From an uncultured Helicobacter sp. (GTDB lineage: Bacteria > Campylobacterota > Campylobacteria > Campylobacterales > UBA6016), in contig CAZVTM010000001.1 in NCBI GenBank assembly GCA_964630205.1, forward strand, positions 27,069-91,068: DNA of 64,000 nucleotides, given 5' to 3'. Positions 9,161 through 20,002 of this stretch are shown one piece after another (within the stretch, counting starts at the first letter, position 1; every line of letters begins with the position of its first letter). Both the position numbers and the translations under genes were made by a program. Below the pieces are notes generated by a model that was not told where the DNA came from, did not search any database, and worked only from the letters and a program-made list of their open reading frames with translations.

Positions 9161-9194
9161 CACTCTTTTGTCACTTTTTTGTGACAAAAGAGTG
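9161..9194 (-). terminator. rho-independent terminator of glnA
   Basis: Perfect 14-bp inverted repeat CACTCTTTTGTCAC-TTTTTT-GTGACAAAAGAGTG, 7 nt after the glnA stop, followed on the minus strand by T-rich ACTTCTTAATTT. Confidence 0.6.
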
Positions 9195-9200
9195 TAGATG

Positions 9201-10634
9201 TTAGCAAGAGTAAGAAGTAAGGAACTCGAATGGATGAGGTCTAGCTTCGTACGGCCAAATTTGAGTTTCAAACAAGAATTTTTTGTAGTCATTTAGCATT
9301 TCGTCGGAGAATACGCCTGTTGATTTTAGGAAATCCCAGTCAGCGATTAGTGATTCAGCTGCGCCTCTTAGCGTATGAGGCATTTGCTTGATACCTTTTT
9401 CTCTAATTTCGTCAAGAGAAAGTTCAAATAGGTCTTCTTCTCTAGGTTGTCCTGGATCTATTTGGTTTTTGATACCGTCGATACCGGCAAGAAGCATTGC
9501 AGAGAATGCAAGGTATGGGTTGGCCGTAGAGTCAGGGAATCTAAATTCACATCTTTTTGCTTTTGGGCTATTTACGTACGGGATTCTGCAAGACGCCGAT
9601 CTGTTCGTCGCAGAGTAAGCAAGGATTGAAGGTGCTTCAAAACCAGGGATTAGTCTTTTGTAAGAGTTTGTCGATGGGTTTGTGAACGCCGCAAGAGCTC
9701 TAGCGTGTTTTAGTACGCCGCCGATGTAGTAAAGAGCCGTTTTGGAAAGACCTTGGTATTCGCTACCCGCAAATGTATTTTCGCCTTTGTTCCAAATTGA
9801 TTGGTGTACGTGCATACCGTTACCGTTATCGCCGTAAAGCGGTTTTGGCATAAATGTAGCAGTTTTACCGTTCATAGCGGCAACCATTTTTACTACATAT
9901 TTTACTTTTTGTACGTTATCCGCAGCTTCTACAAGAGTACCGAATCTAACACCGATTTCGCATTGACCTTGTGCAACTTCGTGGTGAACAACGAAAGTTT
10001 CAAGACCGATCTCTTCCATTACTTTAACCATTTCTGCTCTTAGGTCAACCATTGTATCGACTGGAGCTACTGGGAAGTAACCACCCTTTGTTCCTGGTCT
10101 ATGGCCTGAGTTGAAACCGCCGTCAGAATATGACTTAGCAGAATTCCAAGTACCTTCTTCAGAGTCGATTTCATAGTATTGGCAGTTGATGTCGCTTTTT
10201 ACTTTGATGTCATCAAATACGAAAAACTCATTTTCAGGGCCGAAGTATGCTACGTCCCCAAGACCTGTAGTTTTTAGGTATTCCATAGCTTTTTTAGCGA
10301 TTGATCTAGGGCATTTAGCATATAGCTCGCCTTTGTAGATGTTGTAAGCGTCGCAGAAAACTACAAGTGTAGGATCCGCTGTAAAAGGATCTACGAAAAA
10401 TGCTTTAGCGTCGGGTATAAGTTGCATATCCGATTGGTTGATTGGTTGCCAGTAAGGGATTGAGCTTCCGTCGAAAGGGATTCCTTTGAAACTGTCTTCG
10501 TCTATAGATTTTACGTTGTAAGAAACGTGATGCCAAGTTCCTTTAAAGTCTGTAAATCTGAAATCTACAAATTCGATTTCTTTTTCTTTTATAACGTCAA
10601 AAATTTTTTTAACGTCTTCGGCACTACTGTACAT
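9201..10634 (-). CDS. glnA: glutamine synthetase type I
   Basis: 477 aa with [47 protein letters not shown]. Confidence 0.95.
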   Translation of the reverse strand: MYSSAEDVKKIFDVIKEKEIEFVDFRFTDFKGTWHHVSYNVKSIDEDSFKGIPFDGSSIPYWQPINQSDMQLIPDAKAFFVDPFTADPTLVVFCDAYNIYKGELYAKCPRSIAKKAMEYLKTTGLGDVAYFGPENEFFVFDDIKVKSDINCQYYEIDSEEGTWNSAKSYSDGGFNSGHRPGTKGGYFPVAPVDTMVDLRAEMVKVMEEIGLETFVVHHEVAQGQCEIGVRFGTLVEAADNVQKVKYVVKMVAAMNGKTATFMPKPLYGDNGNGMHVHQSIWNKGENTFAGSEYQGLSKTALYYIGGVLKHARALAAFTNPSTNSYKRLIPGFEAPSILAYSATNRSASCRIPYVNSPKAKRCEFRFPDSTANPYLAFSAMLLAGIDGIKNQIDPGQPREEDLFELSLDEIREKGIKQMPHTLRGAAESLIADWDFLKSTGVFSDEMLNDYKKFLFETQIWPYEARPHPFEFLTSYSC

Positions 10635-10671
10635 TCATCTTCTCCTTTTGAATTAACTTACATATAACAAA

Positions 10672-10680
10672 ATTGTAGCA
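10672..10680 (-). promoter_or_regulatory. candidate extended -10 (TGcTACAAT) promoter of glnA
   Basis: The minus strand reads TTTTTTGCTACAAT about 38 nt upstream of the glnA ATG. Confidence 0.3.
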
Positions 10681-10711
10681 AAAAAGACTGTACCTTTTCT
10701 TGCGGGTGTGA

Positions 10712-11491
10712 TTAAATTTTAATCAATTCCATTTTGTGCTCTTTGAAGCTTGCGTATTCTAAAAACCCGAGCTCCTTCGCTTTTTGTAGATTGTCGCTCA
10801 GCCTGTAGCCTATATGCGAAGGGTCGTGTGCATCGCTTCCGAAAGTTATAGGTATCCTAAGTTCCATTGCAGCCGTTAGAAGCTCGTTTGACGGATATTG
10901 TTCGGCTACCGGTTTTCTAAAGCCCGACGCATTTATCTCTATAGCCATTCCCGCTTTTTTTATTTCATCGAGCGCATATCTTCCAAGTTTTACCGTGTCT
11001 TTTGACGGCTTGAAGTTAAATACTTTCAAGAGATCCATATGTCCGACTATGTTAAAGTGTCCCGATTTTGCCATATCGCCTATCAATCTGAAGTATTCAC
11101 TCCATGTCTCATCCGGGTTTTTGCCTTTATAATCGCCTATAAACTCCGGGTTATCAAATCCCCAACCGCCGATAAAATGTACAGACCCTATGAGATAGTC
11201 AACATCTCTATCGAGCACTCTGGAGTCTATAAAGCCAGGCAGATAGTCGACTTCGTAAGCAAGTCTTATGTCTATTTGGTTCTTATATTCGCTTTTTAAT
11301 TCCAATACGGTTTTTTCGTACCTATCCATCTCGTCAAAGCTCATTCTGTATGCTTCGTCAAAGTTCATTGGTGCATGGTCGGAAAAGCCAAAAACGGATA
11401 TGTTGTGCTCTATTGCTTTTTGTACGAATTCTGTCGGCTCCCCTTTTGCGTGGTTGCATAAAGGTGTGTGATTGTGTAGGTCTACAAGCAT
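10712..11491 (-). CDS. PHP-family histidinol phosphatase (HisJ/HisK type)
   Basis: 259 aa with DLHNHTPLCNHA, GFSDHAP, GSVHF, GHMD, SDAH. Confidence 0.8.
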   Translation of the reverse strand: MLVDLHNHTPLCNHAKGEPTEFVQKAIEHNISVFGFSDHAPMNFDEAYRMSFDEMDRYEKTVLELKSEYKNQIDIRLAYEVDYLPGFIDSRVLDRDVDYLIGSVHFIGGWGFDNPEFIGDYKGKNPDETWSEYFRLIGDMAKSGHFNIVGHMDLLKVFNFKPSKDTVKLGRYALDEIKKAGMAIEINASGFRKPVAEQYPSNELLTAAMELRIPITFGSDAHDPSHIGYRLSDNLQKAKELGFLEYASFKEHKMELIKI

Positions 11492-11620
11492 TTTCAGGTC
11501 TTTAAAATTTTATTTGTGAATGCCTATTATTTAAATAAAATTATAAACGAAAAAAGCTATAATTAGCCAAATTTGATACGTTAGAAGCTTAGATAACAAC
11601 AGCGATATAGAAGGTGCGGC

Positions 11621-12298
11621 ATGACCCAAGAAGAACTCGATAAATTAATGAACGGCGATATGGACGACATGGGTGGCGATGATACTGCTTCGGCAGATGC
11701 GCCCGCCGATGAAGATAGCCAATATTCACAAGTAGAGTACGATCTTGGCGCAACAAAGAGCTGGCCACCGCCGCCACCGCTAAAAGAAAACAAAGTTGTG
11801 CACCAGCTTGACGACGTAACCAAAGAATCGGAAGAAAAAGCAACTCAAATGTTCGATATGTTGGAGCAGATTTCCAACGAGCAGATGGCGGCGGAAGAAA
11901 AAATGGCCTCCATAACGGAGACTTTGACCTCGCTAAAAGATTTGATGAGCAAACTCTCTGCTAAATTTCCACAAATAGAGACATTCGGCATCGAGGGTGA
12001 AAAGATAGATAGCGCTCTAGCCAATTACGAAGAGGTGATGAATCATCTCGGAAATATCGGCATGAATTGCATGAGTGCCATGGATATGATGCAATATCAA
12101 GATATCCATAGACAAAAAATAGAACGTGTAATTAATATTATGAGGGTACTATCAAACTATATGAACAAGCTTTTCGAAGGAAAAATCGAAGACGAAAAGC
12201 GAGTAAGTAGCGCAAAACATATTCATGGCGATGAAAATAACGATGTAGTCGGGGATGACGATATAGAGGCGCTGATAGCCGCATTCGGACGAAAATGA
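11621..12298 (+). CDS. CheZ-like chemotaxis phosphatase (epsilonproteobacterial type)
   Basis: 225 aa with an acidic N-terminus. MDMMQYQDIHRQKIERV has the D-x3-Q catalytic spacing of CheZ. Its position next to glnA matches C. jejuni Cj0700 from memory. Confidence 0.5.
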   Translation: MTQEELDKLMNGDMDDMGGDDTASADAPADEDSQYSQVEYDLGATKSWPPPPPLKENKVVHQLDDVTKESEEKATQMFDMLEQISNEQMAAEEKMASITETLTSLKDLMSKLSAKFPQIETFGIEGEKIDSALANYEEVMNHLGNIGMNCMSAMDMMQYQDIHRQKIERVINIMRVLSNYMNKLFEGKIEDEKRVSSAKHIHGDENNDVVGDDDIEALIAAFGRK

Positions 12299-13566
12299 TT
12301 CAAAAAAGAGTCGAACTCCTGTCTCCGGCCGGAGATCCCGAAAAGTTCAGGGTTGCCATAGAATACGGAGCTGATGCCGTATATGGAGGAGTTAGCCATT
12401 TTTCGCTTAGGATTAGAAGCGGAAAAGAGTTTGATATGCAAAGCTTTGGTGAAGCCATAGAGTATGCACACTCCAGAGGCAAAAAAGTATATGCCACGGT
12501 AAACGGATTTCCATTTAACTCTCAGCTTTCGCTTGTCGAAAAACACCTTGCCGCCGTTGCCGAACTAAAACCGGATGCTTTTATAGTCTCGACCCCTGGC
12601 GTTATTAAGCTGGCAAAAAAAGTAGCCCCAAATATAGACATACATTTATCCACGCAGGCAAACGTGCTTAATTATATGGATGCAGAAGCTTATGCGGATA
12701 TGGGGGTAACTAGGATTATAGCCGCTAGAGAGTGCAGCATGAAGGATTTGGAAGGTATAAAAAAACATCTGCCCCATATTGAGATAGAGATTTTTGTACA
12801 CGGCTCTATGTGTTTTGCGTATAGCGGCAGATGCCTTGTGTCGTCACTCCAAATGGGCAGGGTGCCAAACCGCGGAAGCTGCGCTAATGACTGTAGAATG
12901 CCATATGAAGTTTTTGTCGAAAATCCTGAGCACAAGACGCTTATGAGACTGGAAGAGGTGCCAGGAGAGGGAACCTATTTGTTTAATGCAAAAGATCTCA
13001 ATCTGTCGCAGCACATAAAAGAGATTCTTGATAGCGGCGTGATAGATAGCCTAAAGATAGAAGGGCGCACAAAAAGCCTATATTACGCCGCCGTAACGGC
13101 TAAAACATATAGAAAAGCTATTGACGATTATTATGACGGTAAATTCGACGGAAGCTACTATGAAAATGAGTTAAATACGCTTAAAAACAGAGGCTATACG
13201 GACGGCTATATAGTCTCCCGTCCTTTTGAGAAAGACGGTACGCAAAATGAAAAAACCGCAATGAGCAACGGCGAATATCAGGTCAAGGGTTTTGTTCCGG
13301 ATGACGGCTTGTTTTTTTATTGTAAAGACAAGATATATCCCGGTGATGAGATAGAAATATTGCTACCATATGGCGGCGATGTACCGGAGTGCGACAACGA
13401 CACGGGAAAAGTGTATAAAAGAGACGGCAAGCTTCTTATATCTTTCAAAAAAATAGTTACCGAAAGCGAAAAAGAGCTTGACAGTGTGCATAGCGGCAAT
13501 ACAAATAAAATACTATTGCCGACGGCTTTCCCGAAATTTAGTTTTTTAAGAAAAAAGGAGGATTAA
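12295..13566 (+). CDS. U32 family peptidase-like protein
   Basis: 423 aa with ELLSPAGD, GADAVY, E.FVHGSMCFAYSGRCL.S and LKIEGR blocks. Confidence 0.85.
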   Translation: MIQKRVELLSPAGDPEKFRVAIEYGADAVYGGVSHFSLRIRSGKEFDMQSFGEAIEYAHSRGKKVYATVNGFPFNSQLSLVEKHLAAVAELKPDAFIVSTPGVIKLAKKVAPNIDIHLSTQANVLNYMDAEAYADMGVTRIIAARECSMKDLEGIKKHLPHIEIEIFVHGSMCFAYSGRCLVSSLQMGRVPNRGSCANDCRMPYEVFVENPEHKTLMRLEEVPGEGTYLFNAKDLNLSQHIKEILDSGVIDSLKIEGRTKSLYYAAVTAKTYRKAIDDYYDGKFDGSYYENELNTLKNRGYTDGYIVSRPFEKDGTQNEKTAMSNGEYQVKGFVPDDGLFFYCKDKIYPGDEIEILLPYGGDVPECDNDTGKVYKRDGKLLISFKKIVTESEKELDSVHSGNTNKILLPTAFPKFSFLRKKED

Positions 13567-13568
13567 AA

Positions 13569-14063
13569 ATGGCTTTTGTATCAATAATAATGGGTTCGAA
13601 GAGTGATTATGACGTAATGAAGTCTTGTGCCGAGACGCTAGAGAAATTTGACGTGGCTTATGAGATATTGGTGTCAAGTGCTCACAGAAGTCCTGATAGA
13701 ACGCATGAGTACGTAAAGGAAGCCGAAGAAAAAGGGGCGAAAGTTTTTGTGTGCGCAGCAGGTATGGCAGCCCACCTTGCGGGCGTTGTGGCGTCGCTTA
13801 CTACGAAGCCTGTTATCGGCGTGCCTATGAAAGGCGGATTAATGGATGGTCTTGATAGTTTGCTATCTACCGTGCAAATGCCGGGCGGCATGCCGGTTGC
13901 GACTGTTGCGGTGGGCAAGGCAGGGGCCACGAACGCAGCTTATTTGGCCATTCAGATTCTTGCGCTTTGTGATGATGGGCTTGCCAAAAAGCTACTAAAA
14001 GATAAAGAAAAAAAAGCAAAAGCCGTCGAGGAAGATTCAAAAACACTAGAAAAGAGAATTTAA
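13569..14063 (+). CDS. purE: N5-carboxyaminoimidazole ribonucleotide mutase
   Basis: 164 aa with IIMGSKSD, SAHR.P, AGMAAHLAGV, PVIGVP. Confidence 0.95.
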   Translation: MAFVSIIMGSKSDYDVMKSCAETLEKFDVAYEILVSSAHRSPDRTHEYVKEAEEKGAKVFVCAAGMAAHLAGVVASLTTKPVIGVPMKGGLMDGLDSLLSTVQMPGGMPVATVAVGKAGATNAAYLAIQILALCDDGLAKKLLKDKEKKAKAVEEDSKTLEKRI

Positions 14064-14073
14064 GGAGCTGAGG

Positions 14074-14559
14074 GTGGCCACTTGGATTACAGTAGACGAA
14101 TTCGCAATCATATCGGGCAAAGAGAGAGAAGAGATAGAGATGCTGTGCGAGAGCGGTGAGCTTGAGTCCAAAGATGAAGATGGTCAAAAGTATATAGAGG
14201 TCGGTAGCGGTACCGACCTTGTTCTTAAAGACAGTGCGCTTTTGCCGGAAGAGGCGCATGACGGTCGCCAAATAGATCACGCTTTTGCGGAAAAGACTAT
14301 TAATACGATAATTGCTTTTCACGAAAAAGTCCTCGATGCAAAAGAGGAGACACTCGATGCTATAAGGCGTGAAAATAAATTTTTAAAAGAGGGTCTTATC
14401 TCCATGCAGGAGATTTACGATGAGGATAGAAAAACGATAGAGACCCTCACAAAACAGCTTGAAACAGCTCAAGAAGAACTTGAATTTATGAAAAGAAAAT
14501 ACAAATTAATGTGGAATCAGACGGTAGAAAATCACGCCAACAGTTCAAATAATGGTTAG
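14074..14559 (+). CDS. conserved hypothetical coiled-coil protein
   Basis: 161 aa with no recognised motif. It occupies the position of C. jejuni Cj0703 in the conserved block. A coiled coil is predicted from heptad-like Glu/Lys/Leu repeats. Confidence 0.5.
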   Translation: MATWITVDEFAIISGKEREEIEMLCESGELESKDEDGQKYIEVGSGTDLVLKDSALLPEEAHDGRQIDHAFAEKTINTIIAFHEKVLDAKEETLDAIRRENKFLKEGLISMQEIYDEDRKTIETLTKQLETAQEELEFMKRKYKLMWNQTVENHANSSNNG

Positions 14560-15196
14560 CAATATAATCATTTTTGATCTTGACGGTACGCTTGTCGATA
14601 GCGGAGATAACATATCTGCTGCAATCAATCACACCAGGGCCTCTTTTGGATTGTTGCCTTTAGATAGGGCATTTGTACTTGACAATATTAATCGTGACGA
14701 TATAAACGCCGCCGACGTGTTTTACGGTACAAAAAGTTTTACGGAGGAGCAAAGGGGTATTTTTGAGCCGTATTATTACGAGATTTGTTCTGAAAATGTC
14801 AGACTTTACGACAAGATTGACTTCTTTTTGGATGAATTTCGCACAAACGGTTTTAAAATGGCCGTAGCAACAAACGGTAAAACTGAATTTGCAAAAAAAA
14901 TACTCGATTCTCTCGGAATCTCCGGTTACTTTGACGCAATAATAGGCGCTGACAGGGTGGCTCTCCCAAAGCCAAACCCCGAAATGCTGCTAAAAGCGCT
15001 TGATGAAGTCGGTGCAAACGGAGATGCTAATGTAATAATGGTTGGCGATAGCATCAAAGATGTCAAAGCTGCCAAAGCAATCAAGATACCATCTGTTGTC
15101 GTAGAGTGGGGATTTGGCGAGGATAAGCCGGTCGGAGATAAAAACCTTGCCCATAGCGGCGAACTAAACTGGATAATAGATTTTTTTAAGGACTAA
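14552..15196 (+). CDS. HAD-superfamily hydrolase (phosphoglycolate phosphatase-like)
   Basis: FDLDGTLVDS motif I, a TNG motif, and GDS..D near the C-terminus. Confidence 0.8.
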   Translation: MVSNIIIFDLDGTLVDSGDNISAAINHTRASFGLLPLDRAFVLDNINRDDINAADVFYGTKSFTEEQRGIFEPYYYEICSENVRLYDKIDFFLDEFRTNGFKMAVATNGKTEFAKKILDSLGISGYFDAIIGADRVALPKPNPEMLLKALDEVGANGDANVIMVGDSIKDVKAAKAIKIPSVVVEWGFGEDKPVGDKNLAHSGELNWIIDFFKD

Positions 15197-15202
15197 GACA
15201 AA

Positions 15203-16081
15203 ATGGCGATAACTTTTAGTGAAATGTTTTTGAAGCTTCAAGAGTTTTGGATGAAAGAAGGGTGTTCGATAGTTCAGCCTTACGATCTTCCTGCGGGTGC
15301 GGGGACTTTTCACCCGGCAACGCTTCTTAGAAGCCTTGATAGACGCCCATGGAGCGTGGCGTATGTCGCTCCAAGCCGGAGACCATCGGACGGCAGATAC
15401 GGTGAAAATCCGAATAGACTAGGGGCGTATTATCAATTTCAAGTCATCATCAAACCAAGTCCCGAGGGAATACAGGAGAAATACCTAAAAAGCCTGGAGT
15501 TTTTGGGGTTGAGTCTTGCAGAACACGATATAAGATTTGTCGAGGACAATTGGGAGTCTCCGACGCTTGGGGCATGGGGGCTTGGCTGGGAAGTATGGCT
15601 TGATGGGATGGAGGTGACGCAGTTTACGTATTTTCAGCAAGTAGCCGGGATTGCTTGTGAGCCTGTTGCTGTCGAGATAACATACGGCATGGAGAGACTT
15701 GCTATGTATCTGCAAGGGGTTGAAAACGTATATGAGCTTGCATGGAACGACAATTACAAATATGCGGATATTCACTTTGAGAATGAGCGAGAGTTTAGTG
15801 CCTATAACTTCGAGGTGGCAAATACCGAGATGCTATTTCGCCACTTTGATGATGCGATAGCGGAGTGCAAAAACTGTCTAGAGCACGGACTGCCGCTTCC
15901 TGCGTATGACCAATGTATCATTGCCTCTCACTGCTTCAATACGCTAGATGCGAGAAAAGCGATATCCGTAACCGAGAGAGCCAACTTCATCCTTAAAATC
16001 AGAGAGCTTGCAAAATCAAGCGCTACGCTTTATAAAGAACAAGAAGAAGAGAGAGAAGAGAGGCTCAAGCGCTTCCAATGA
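15203..16081 (+). CDS. glyQ: glycine--tRNA ligase alpha subunit
   Basis: 292 aa with [50 protein letters not shown]. Confidence 0.95.
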   Translation: MAITFSEMFLKLQEFWMKEGCSIVQPYDLPAGAGTFHPATLLRSLDRRPWSVAYVAPSRRPSDGRYGENPNRLGAYYQFQVIIKPSPEGIQEKYLKSLEFLGLSLAEHDIRFVEDNWESPTLGAWGLGWEVWLDGMEVTQFTYFQQVAGIACEPVAVEITYGMERLAMYLQGVENVYELAWNDNYKYADIHFENEREFSAYNFEVANTEMLFRHFDDAIAECKNCLEHGLPLPAYDQCIIASHCFNTLDARKAISVTERANFILKIRELAKSSATLYKEQEEEREERLKRFQ

Positions 16082-16800
16082 AATTAGGCGAAATCTACTT
16101 GTTTTTGAACGAGTTAAGCCCGTTTGAGCTTCAGGAGTCATGGGATAATAGCGGACTTATCGTTGGAGATATGGACGCAGATATTGAGAGAGTCTATTTA
16201 TCGCTGGAACCGACTCTTAAAGTACTGGGCGACATAGATTCAAACTCGCTTCTTATCACCCATCATCCGCTTATTTTTTCACCGCTCAAAAGACTTGATT
16301 TTGGTGATATTACGGCACAGGCTCTCCGCCTTGCCGTCCAAAAAAATATCTCTATCGTCGCTATGCACACAAACTACGACAAAACACATCTAAATGAGTA
16401 TTTTGCCGCCGCCGTAATGGGGTTTGGTAGTATCAAAAAAGATGGCTTTTTGGTTTACGCAGATGTAGATATGAGTTTTGAAGAGCTTGTTGGTCTTGTC
16501 AAGAGCAGACTGGGGCTTCAAAATGCGAACTGTGTTCAAAGAAATGGAAAAATACAAAGAGTAGCGATAGTCACGGGAAGTGGAGCCTCTTTTTTGTCAA
16601 AAATCGACGCCGATTGCCTCATAACTGGTGATGTCAAATATCATGACGCTATTTTTGCAATGGAGAAAAATATCGGGGTTATTGATGCTACACATTACGC
16701 TACGGAAGCCGTATTTACCGCAAGTATCTATGAAAATTTGAAAATTTTGCCTATTAAAGCTATAATTACAAATTCAAAAAATCCGCTTAAGAATTTTTAA
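16078..16800 (+). CDS. Nif3-like dinuclear metal centre protein (YbgI family)
   Basis: 240 aa with [26 protein letters not shown]. Confidence 0.85.
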   Translation: MKLGEIYLFLNELSPFELQESWDNSGLIVGDMDADIERVYLSLEPTLKVLGDIDSNSLLITHHPLIFSPLKRLDFGDITAQALRLAVQKNISIVAMHTNYDKTHLNEYFAAAVMGFGSIKKDGFLVYADVDMSFEELVGLVKSRLGLQNANCVQRNGKIQRVAIVTGSGASFLSKIDADCLITGDVKYHDAIFAMEKNIGVIDATHYATEAVFTASIYENLKILPIKAIITNSKNPLKNF

Positions 16801-16830
16801 AACAGACAACACTTCAAGGAAATATGATTT

Positions 16831-17553
16831 ATGAACCAAGAGCTTAAAAAGATTATAGAGCTTGCACAAATTGACGCGGAAATCGATTCGTTCGGCCCAA
16901 AAGAGGAGTCGCTAAAGTCGGAACTGAACAAACTAGTGGAGAAGTCAAACGGCATAAAGGCAAAAGTAGAAGAGCTAAACGATGAGGCAAAAGAGTGCAA
17001 GTTTAAAGCAAACAAGCATGATGCACATCTAAAAGAACTATCTGCAAAACTTGCCGATATCTCTAAAAAATCGGCTACTCTAAAAACGGAAAGAGAGATA
17101 AAAGCTCTTCAAATCGAAGAGGAGATAGCAAGAGAGCAAGTTGCTTTTGCAAACGAAGAGATTTCTAGGCTCGACAACGTAGAGCATTCAAAAAAAGAAG
17201 AAGCAAAAAAACTAGAAGAGTCGCTTGCAGAGATAAGTGAACAGATAAAAAGCCTTGAAGCGTCACTTGCAGGGGATTTAAAAGAGCTTGAAGGCTCGAA
17301 AAAAGAGGTTTATGCCAAAAAAGATAAGCTGGTATTTGAGATAAATCCAAAGGTATATTCTTTTTATCAAAAAATTAAAAGATGGGCTGGCTCTACGACG
17401 GTTGTTCCGGTTGTTGGAAAAGCTTGTATGGGTTGCAATATCCAAATTACCGATAACGACTATAGAAAAGTTATCAGAAGCGAAGAGATAATCACTTGCC
17501 CAAATTGCGGAAGAATACTTTATCTAGGCGAAATGGAGGCCGAAAACGGCTAA
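16831..17553 (+). CDS. zinc-ribbon coiled-coil protein (COG1579 / HP0958-like)
   Basis: 240 aa: a long coiled coil, then C.GCN...CPNCGRIL. It follows the Nif3 gene, as is conserved. Confidence 0.75.
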   Translation: MNQELKKIIELAQIDAEIDSFGPKEESLKSELNKLVEKSNGIKAKVEELNDEAKECKFKANKHDAHLKELSAKLADISKKSATLKTEREIKALQIEEEIAREQVAFANEEISRLDNVEHSKKEEAKKLEESLAEISEQIKSLEASLAGDLKELEGSKKEVYAKKDKLVFEINPKVYSFYQKIKRWAGSTTVVPVVGKACMGCNIQITDNDYRKVIRSEEIITCPNCGRILYLGEMEAENG

Positions 17554-17554
17554 T

Positions 17555-18736
17555 ATCCGAAAGTTCGGCATATACTCCGGACTTGCCTTATACTTTAGCC
17601 TCTCTTTACTGCTCTATATTGTCGCAATCCCGCTCCTTATTTATCTAAGTTTTAAGCAAAAATATAAAAAATCAATTCCCGCTAGATTTTTTTTGGCGTC
17701 AAATTCACCGCTTGATGAGTGTGATGTTTGGTTTCACTCATGTTCGCTTGGAGAGACTAAGGCTGCGGCTCCTCTAATAAAGCGATTTGAGCGCACTGGG
17801 CTTACCGCTATTACTAATACTGGCCATGATGAGGCATTAAGAATAACTTCCAATGTTCGTTTTTTACCGTATGAGATATTTTTGCCGTTTTGGGTCGGTC
17901 GCCATAAGTTGCTTGTAGTTATGGAGGCTGAACTTTGGCTACTTTTATTTGTTACAGCAAAAGCGAGAGGGGCTAGGACGGCCCTTATTAATGCCAGAAT
18001 TAGCGAAAAGTCTTATCCGAAATACAAGCGTTTTAGATCTTTTTATAAGATACTTTTTTGTTTTGTTGACGGCGTATTTGCGCAAAGCGAAGTGGATAAA
18101 ATAAGACTTGAGGAATTAGGGGCAAAAAAAGTATATGTGACTGGCAATATCAAGCAGGCGGTAGGAAATTATGAGCTTAGTGATATACCGTCGGATGATA
18201 GACGTAACTTTACAGCAGCTAGTACGCACGACGGCGAAGAGGCGGCTATAGTTGAGGCTTTTATGGCTGCCGGACTTTTTGGCAAAGAGAGACTTGTTGT
18301 TATTCCTAGGCATCCTGAGAGATTTGAAGCTGTGGCGGAGTATTTAAAAAATGTTGCGATGGCTAACTCTCTTAGCTTTGGCAGGTTTGGCGAAAAGAGA
18401 GAACTGTATGCTGATATAGTACTTGTAGATGCTATGGGGGAGCTCGTAAATGTGTATGCGAAAAGCTATTTAGTGGTGCTTGGCGGCGCATTTGCCAAAA
18501 TCGGTGGACACAATCCTCTTGAGCCTGCATATTTTCGAACCAAGCTAATCAGCGGTACACATACGTTTAACCAAAAAGCATCTTTTGGGAAAGTAAAAAA
18601 TAGCTATTTTTGTGTCGCCAGTGAACTATCTAGTTTGCTAGCTAACCATGAAAGCTTAAAAAATAGCGAACTAGATAGACTTGAAGATGCTTTAGGTGAG
18701 ACACAAAAGGGACTTCTTGAGCTTCTTAAAAGATAA
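17555..18736 (+). CDS. waaA: 3-deoxy-D-manno-octulosonic acid transferase
   Basis: WFHSCSLGE, IPRHPERF and GG.F....GHNPLEP motifs. The in-frame upstream region (IRKFGIYSGLALYFSLSLLLYIVAIPLLIYLSFKQKYKKSIPARFF) encodes the family's N-terminal membrane anchor, but no ATG/GTG/TTG occurs before 17693. The 5' boundary is uncertain. Confidence 0.8.
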   Translation: MRKFGIYSGLALYFSLSLLLYIVAIPLLIYLSFKQKYKKSIPARFFLASNSPLDECDVWFHSCSLGETKAAAPLIKRFERTGLTAITNTGHDEALRITSNVRFLPYEIFLPFWVGRHKLLVVMEAELWLLLFVTAKARGARTALINARISEKSYPKYKRFRSFYKILFCFVDGVFAQSEVDKIRLEELGAKKVYVTGNIKQAVGNYELSDIPSDDRRNFTAASTHDGEEAAIVEAFMAAGLFGKERLVVIPRHPERFEAVAEYLKNVAMANSLSFGRFGEKRELYADIVLVDAMGELVNVYAKSYLVVLGGAFAKIGGHNPLEPAYFRTKLISGTHTFNQKASFGKVKNSYFCVASELSSLLANHESLKNSELDRLEDALGETQKGLLELLKR

Positions 18737-19010
18737 GGGTGAATATCTGGAGATAGCGATAAAAGTTATCCCAAACGCCAAAAAGACAGAGGCTGTCGGC
18801 GTGGAAAACGATGCATTAAAAGTTCGTCTATCTGCTTTGCCGATAGAGGGGAGGGCGAATGAAGAGCTTATAGCGTTTTTTTCTAAAAATTTTAAGATAG
18901 CAAAAAGCGATGTGGATATAATAAGCGGAGAATTGGGACGCAACAAAAGGGTTCGTGTGCCGAAAAACGATAAATTAGTAACTTTTTTAAAGGCGATAGA
19001 CAATGAATAA
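18696..19010 (+). CDS. DUF167 (YggU) family protein
   Basis: IKV.PNAKK......D.LKVRL.A.P.EGRANEELI.F.SK pattern. The start is either GTG 18696 or TTG 18717. Confidence 0.7.
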   Translation: MRHKRDFLSFLKDKGEYLEIAIKVIPNAKKTEAVGVENDALKVRLSALPIEGRANEELIAFFSKNFKIAKSDVDIISGELGRNKRVRVPKNDKLVTFLKAIDNE

Positions 19011-19920
19011 AGATAGAAGACCGCAAAGGCGAGCAAAGGTGACCGGTACTAGGCCGCCAAAAGGGCAAGGCAAAAAAGACGACGTAAGAAAGCCGCTTAA
19101 AAAAACATACGAGAATAGAGGCTCCAAAAAAGACACAGCGGCGAGAGTTGAAAAAAAACAGGAAAAAACAACCTCTACTCAATATAGCGGCGAAATGGAC
19201 AAAGCATCCAGTATTTTGGCTAAACAGCTTGGAATCTCAGGCGGTAAAGCAAAAGATATGATAGATAGAGGACTTGTCTTTTCGCACGGTAAAAAAATAA
19301 TGATAGCAAGGGCGATGATGCCCGTAACAACCGAATTTAAAGTTGAGAAGCTGCAAAAGCCGAGAGTTATTTTTGAAAATAATGATCTTATTGTCGTAGA
19401 TAAACCGCCTTTTATGACATCTGACGAGGTGGAGTTGGCCGTTGGCGCAACTCTCGTTCACAGGCTGGATAAAGACACTAGCGGCGTACTTGCATTGGCC
19501 AAAAATGAAGATACGTTGAAGGCTGCAATAGATGCTTTTAAAAAAAGAGAAGTATATAAAGAGTATGTTGCCATAGTTCAAGGTGTTGTAGCGGAAGGTG
19601 GGGTTGTGGATGCCCCTTTGCTTATCAAAAAAGGGACAAATGCCAGAGCAACGGTCGATAAAAAATTCGGTAAAAGTGCAAAAACTATTTATGAGCCGCT
19701 AGAGATGATGGCCAAAAAAACAAAACTAAAGATTATCATAGAGACCGGTAGAACCCACCAAATAAGGGCACATATGAAGTTTCTAAAACATCCGATACTC
19801 GGCGATGTTAACTATGGGGGCTCGGAGGCCAAGAGGATGATGCTTCATTCTAAAGTTCTAAGACTCCTTGGGTGTGAGTTTATGGCGGAGGAACCAAAAG
19901 ATTTTGTGCTTAGAGAATGA
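19003..19920 (+). CDS. RluA-family pseudouridine synthase with basic N-terminal extension
   Basis: HRLDKDTSGVLALAKN catalytic motif, GRTHQIR, and an S4-like segment after Met65. The first ~64 aa are Lys/Arg-rich. An alternative start is ATG 19195. Confidence 0.8.
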   Translation: MNKDRRPQRRAKVTGTRPPKGQGKKDDVRKPLKKTYENRGSKKDTAARVEKKQEKTTSTQYSGEMDKASSILAKQLGISGGKAKDMIDRGLVFSHGKKIMIARAMMPVTTEFKVEKLQKPRVIFENNDLIVVDKPPFMTSDEVELAVGATLVHRLDKDTSGVLALAKNEDTLKAAIDAFKKREVYKEYVAIVQGVVAEGGVVDAPLLIKKGTNARATVDKKFGKSAKTIYEPLEMMAKKTKLKIIIETGRTHQIRAHMKFLKHPILGDVNYGGSEAKRMMLHSKVLRLLGCEFMAEEPKDFVLRE

Positions 19921-20002
19921 TAGATTTTAAGAAAAATTTAACTAAAATCTCATCCCTAAATATTTTTATATAAGTTTTATATATCCACGGAGAATAAATA
20001 AT

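Noticed and set aside
10678-10694. GG...TTGC element (GGTACAGTCTTTTTTGC) upstream of glnA as a sigma54/NtrC promoter.
   Set aside because: Thirteen nucleotides separate GG and GC instead of 10. The TTGC is better read as part of an extended -10 (TGcTACAAT).
17693-17695. TTG 17693 as the straightforward waaA start.
   Set aside because: It would discard 46 in-frame codons that encode a typical WaaA membrane anchor, so the boundary is left uncertain and reported as a finding.
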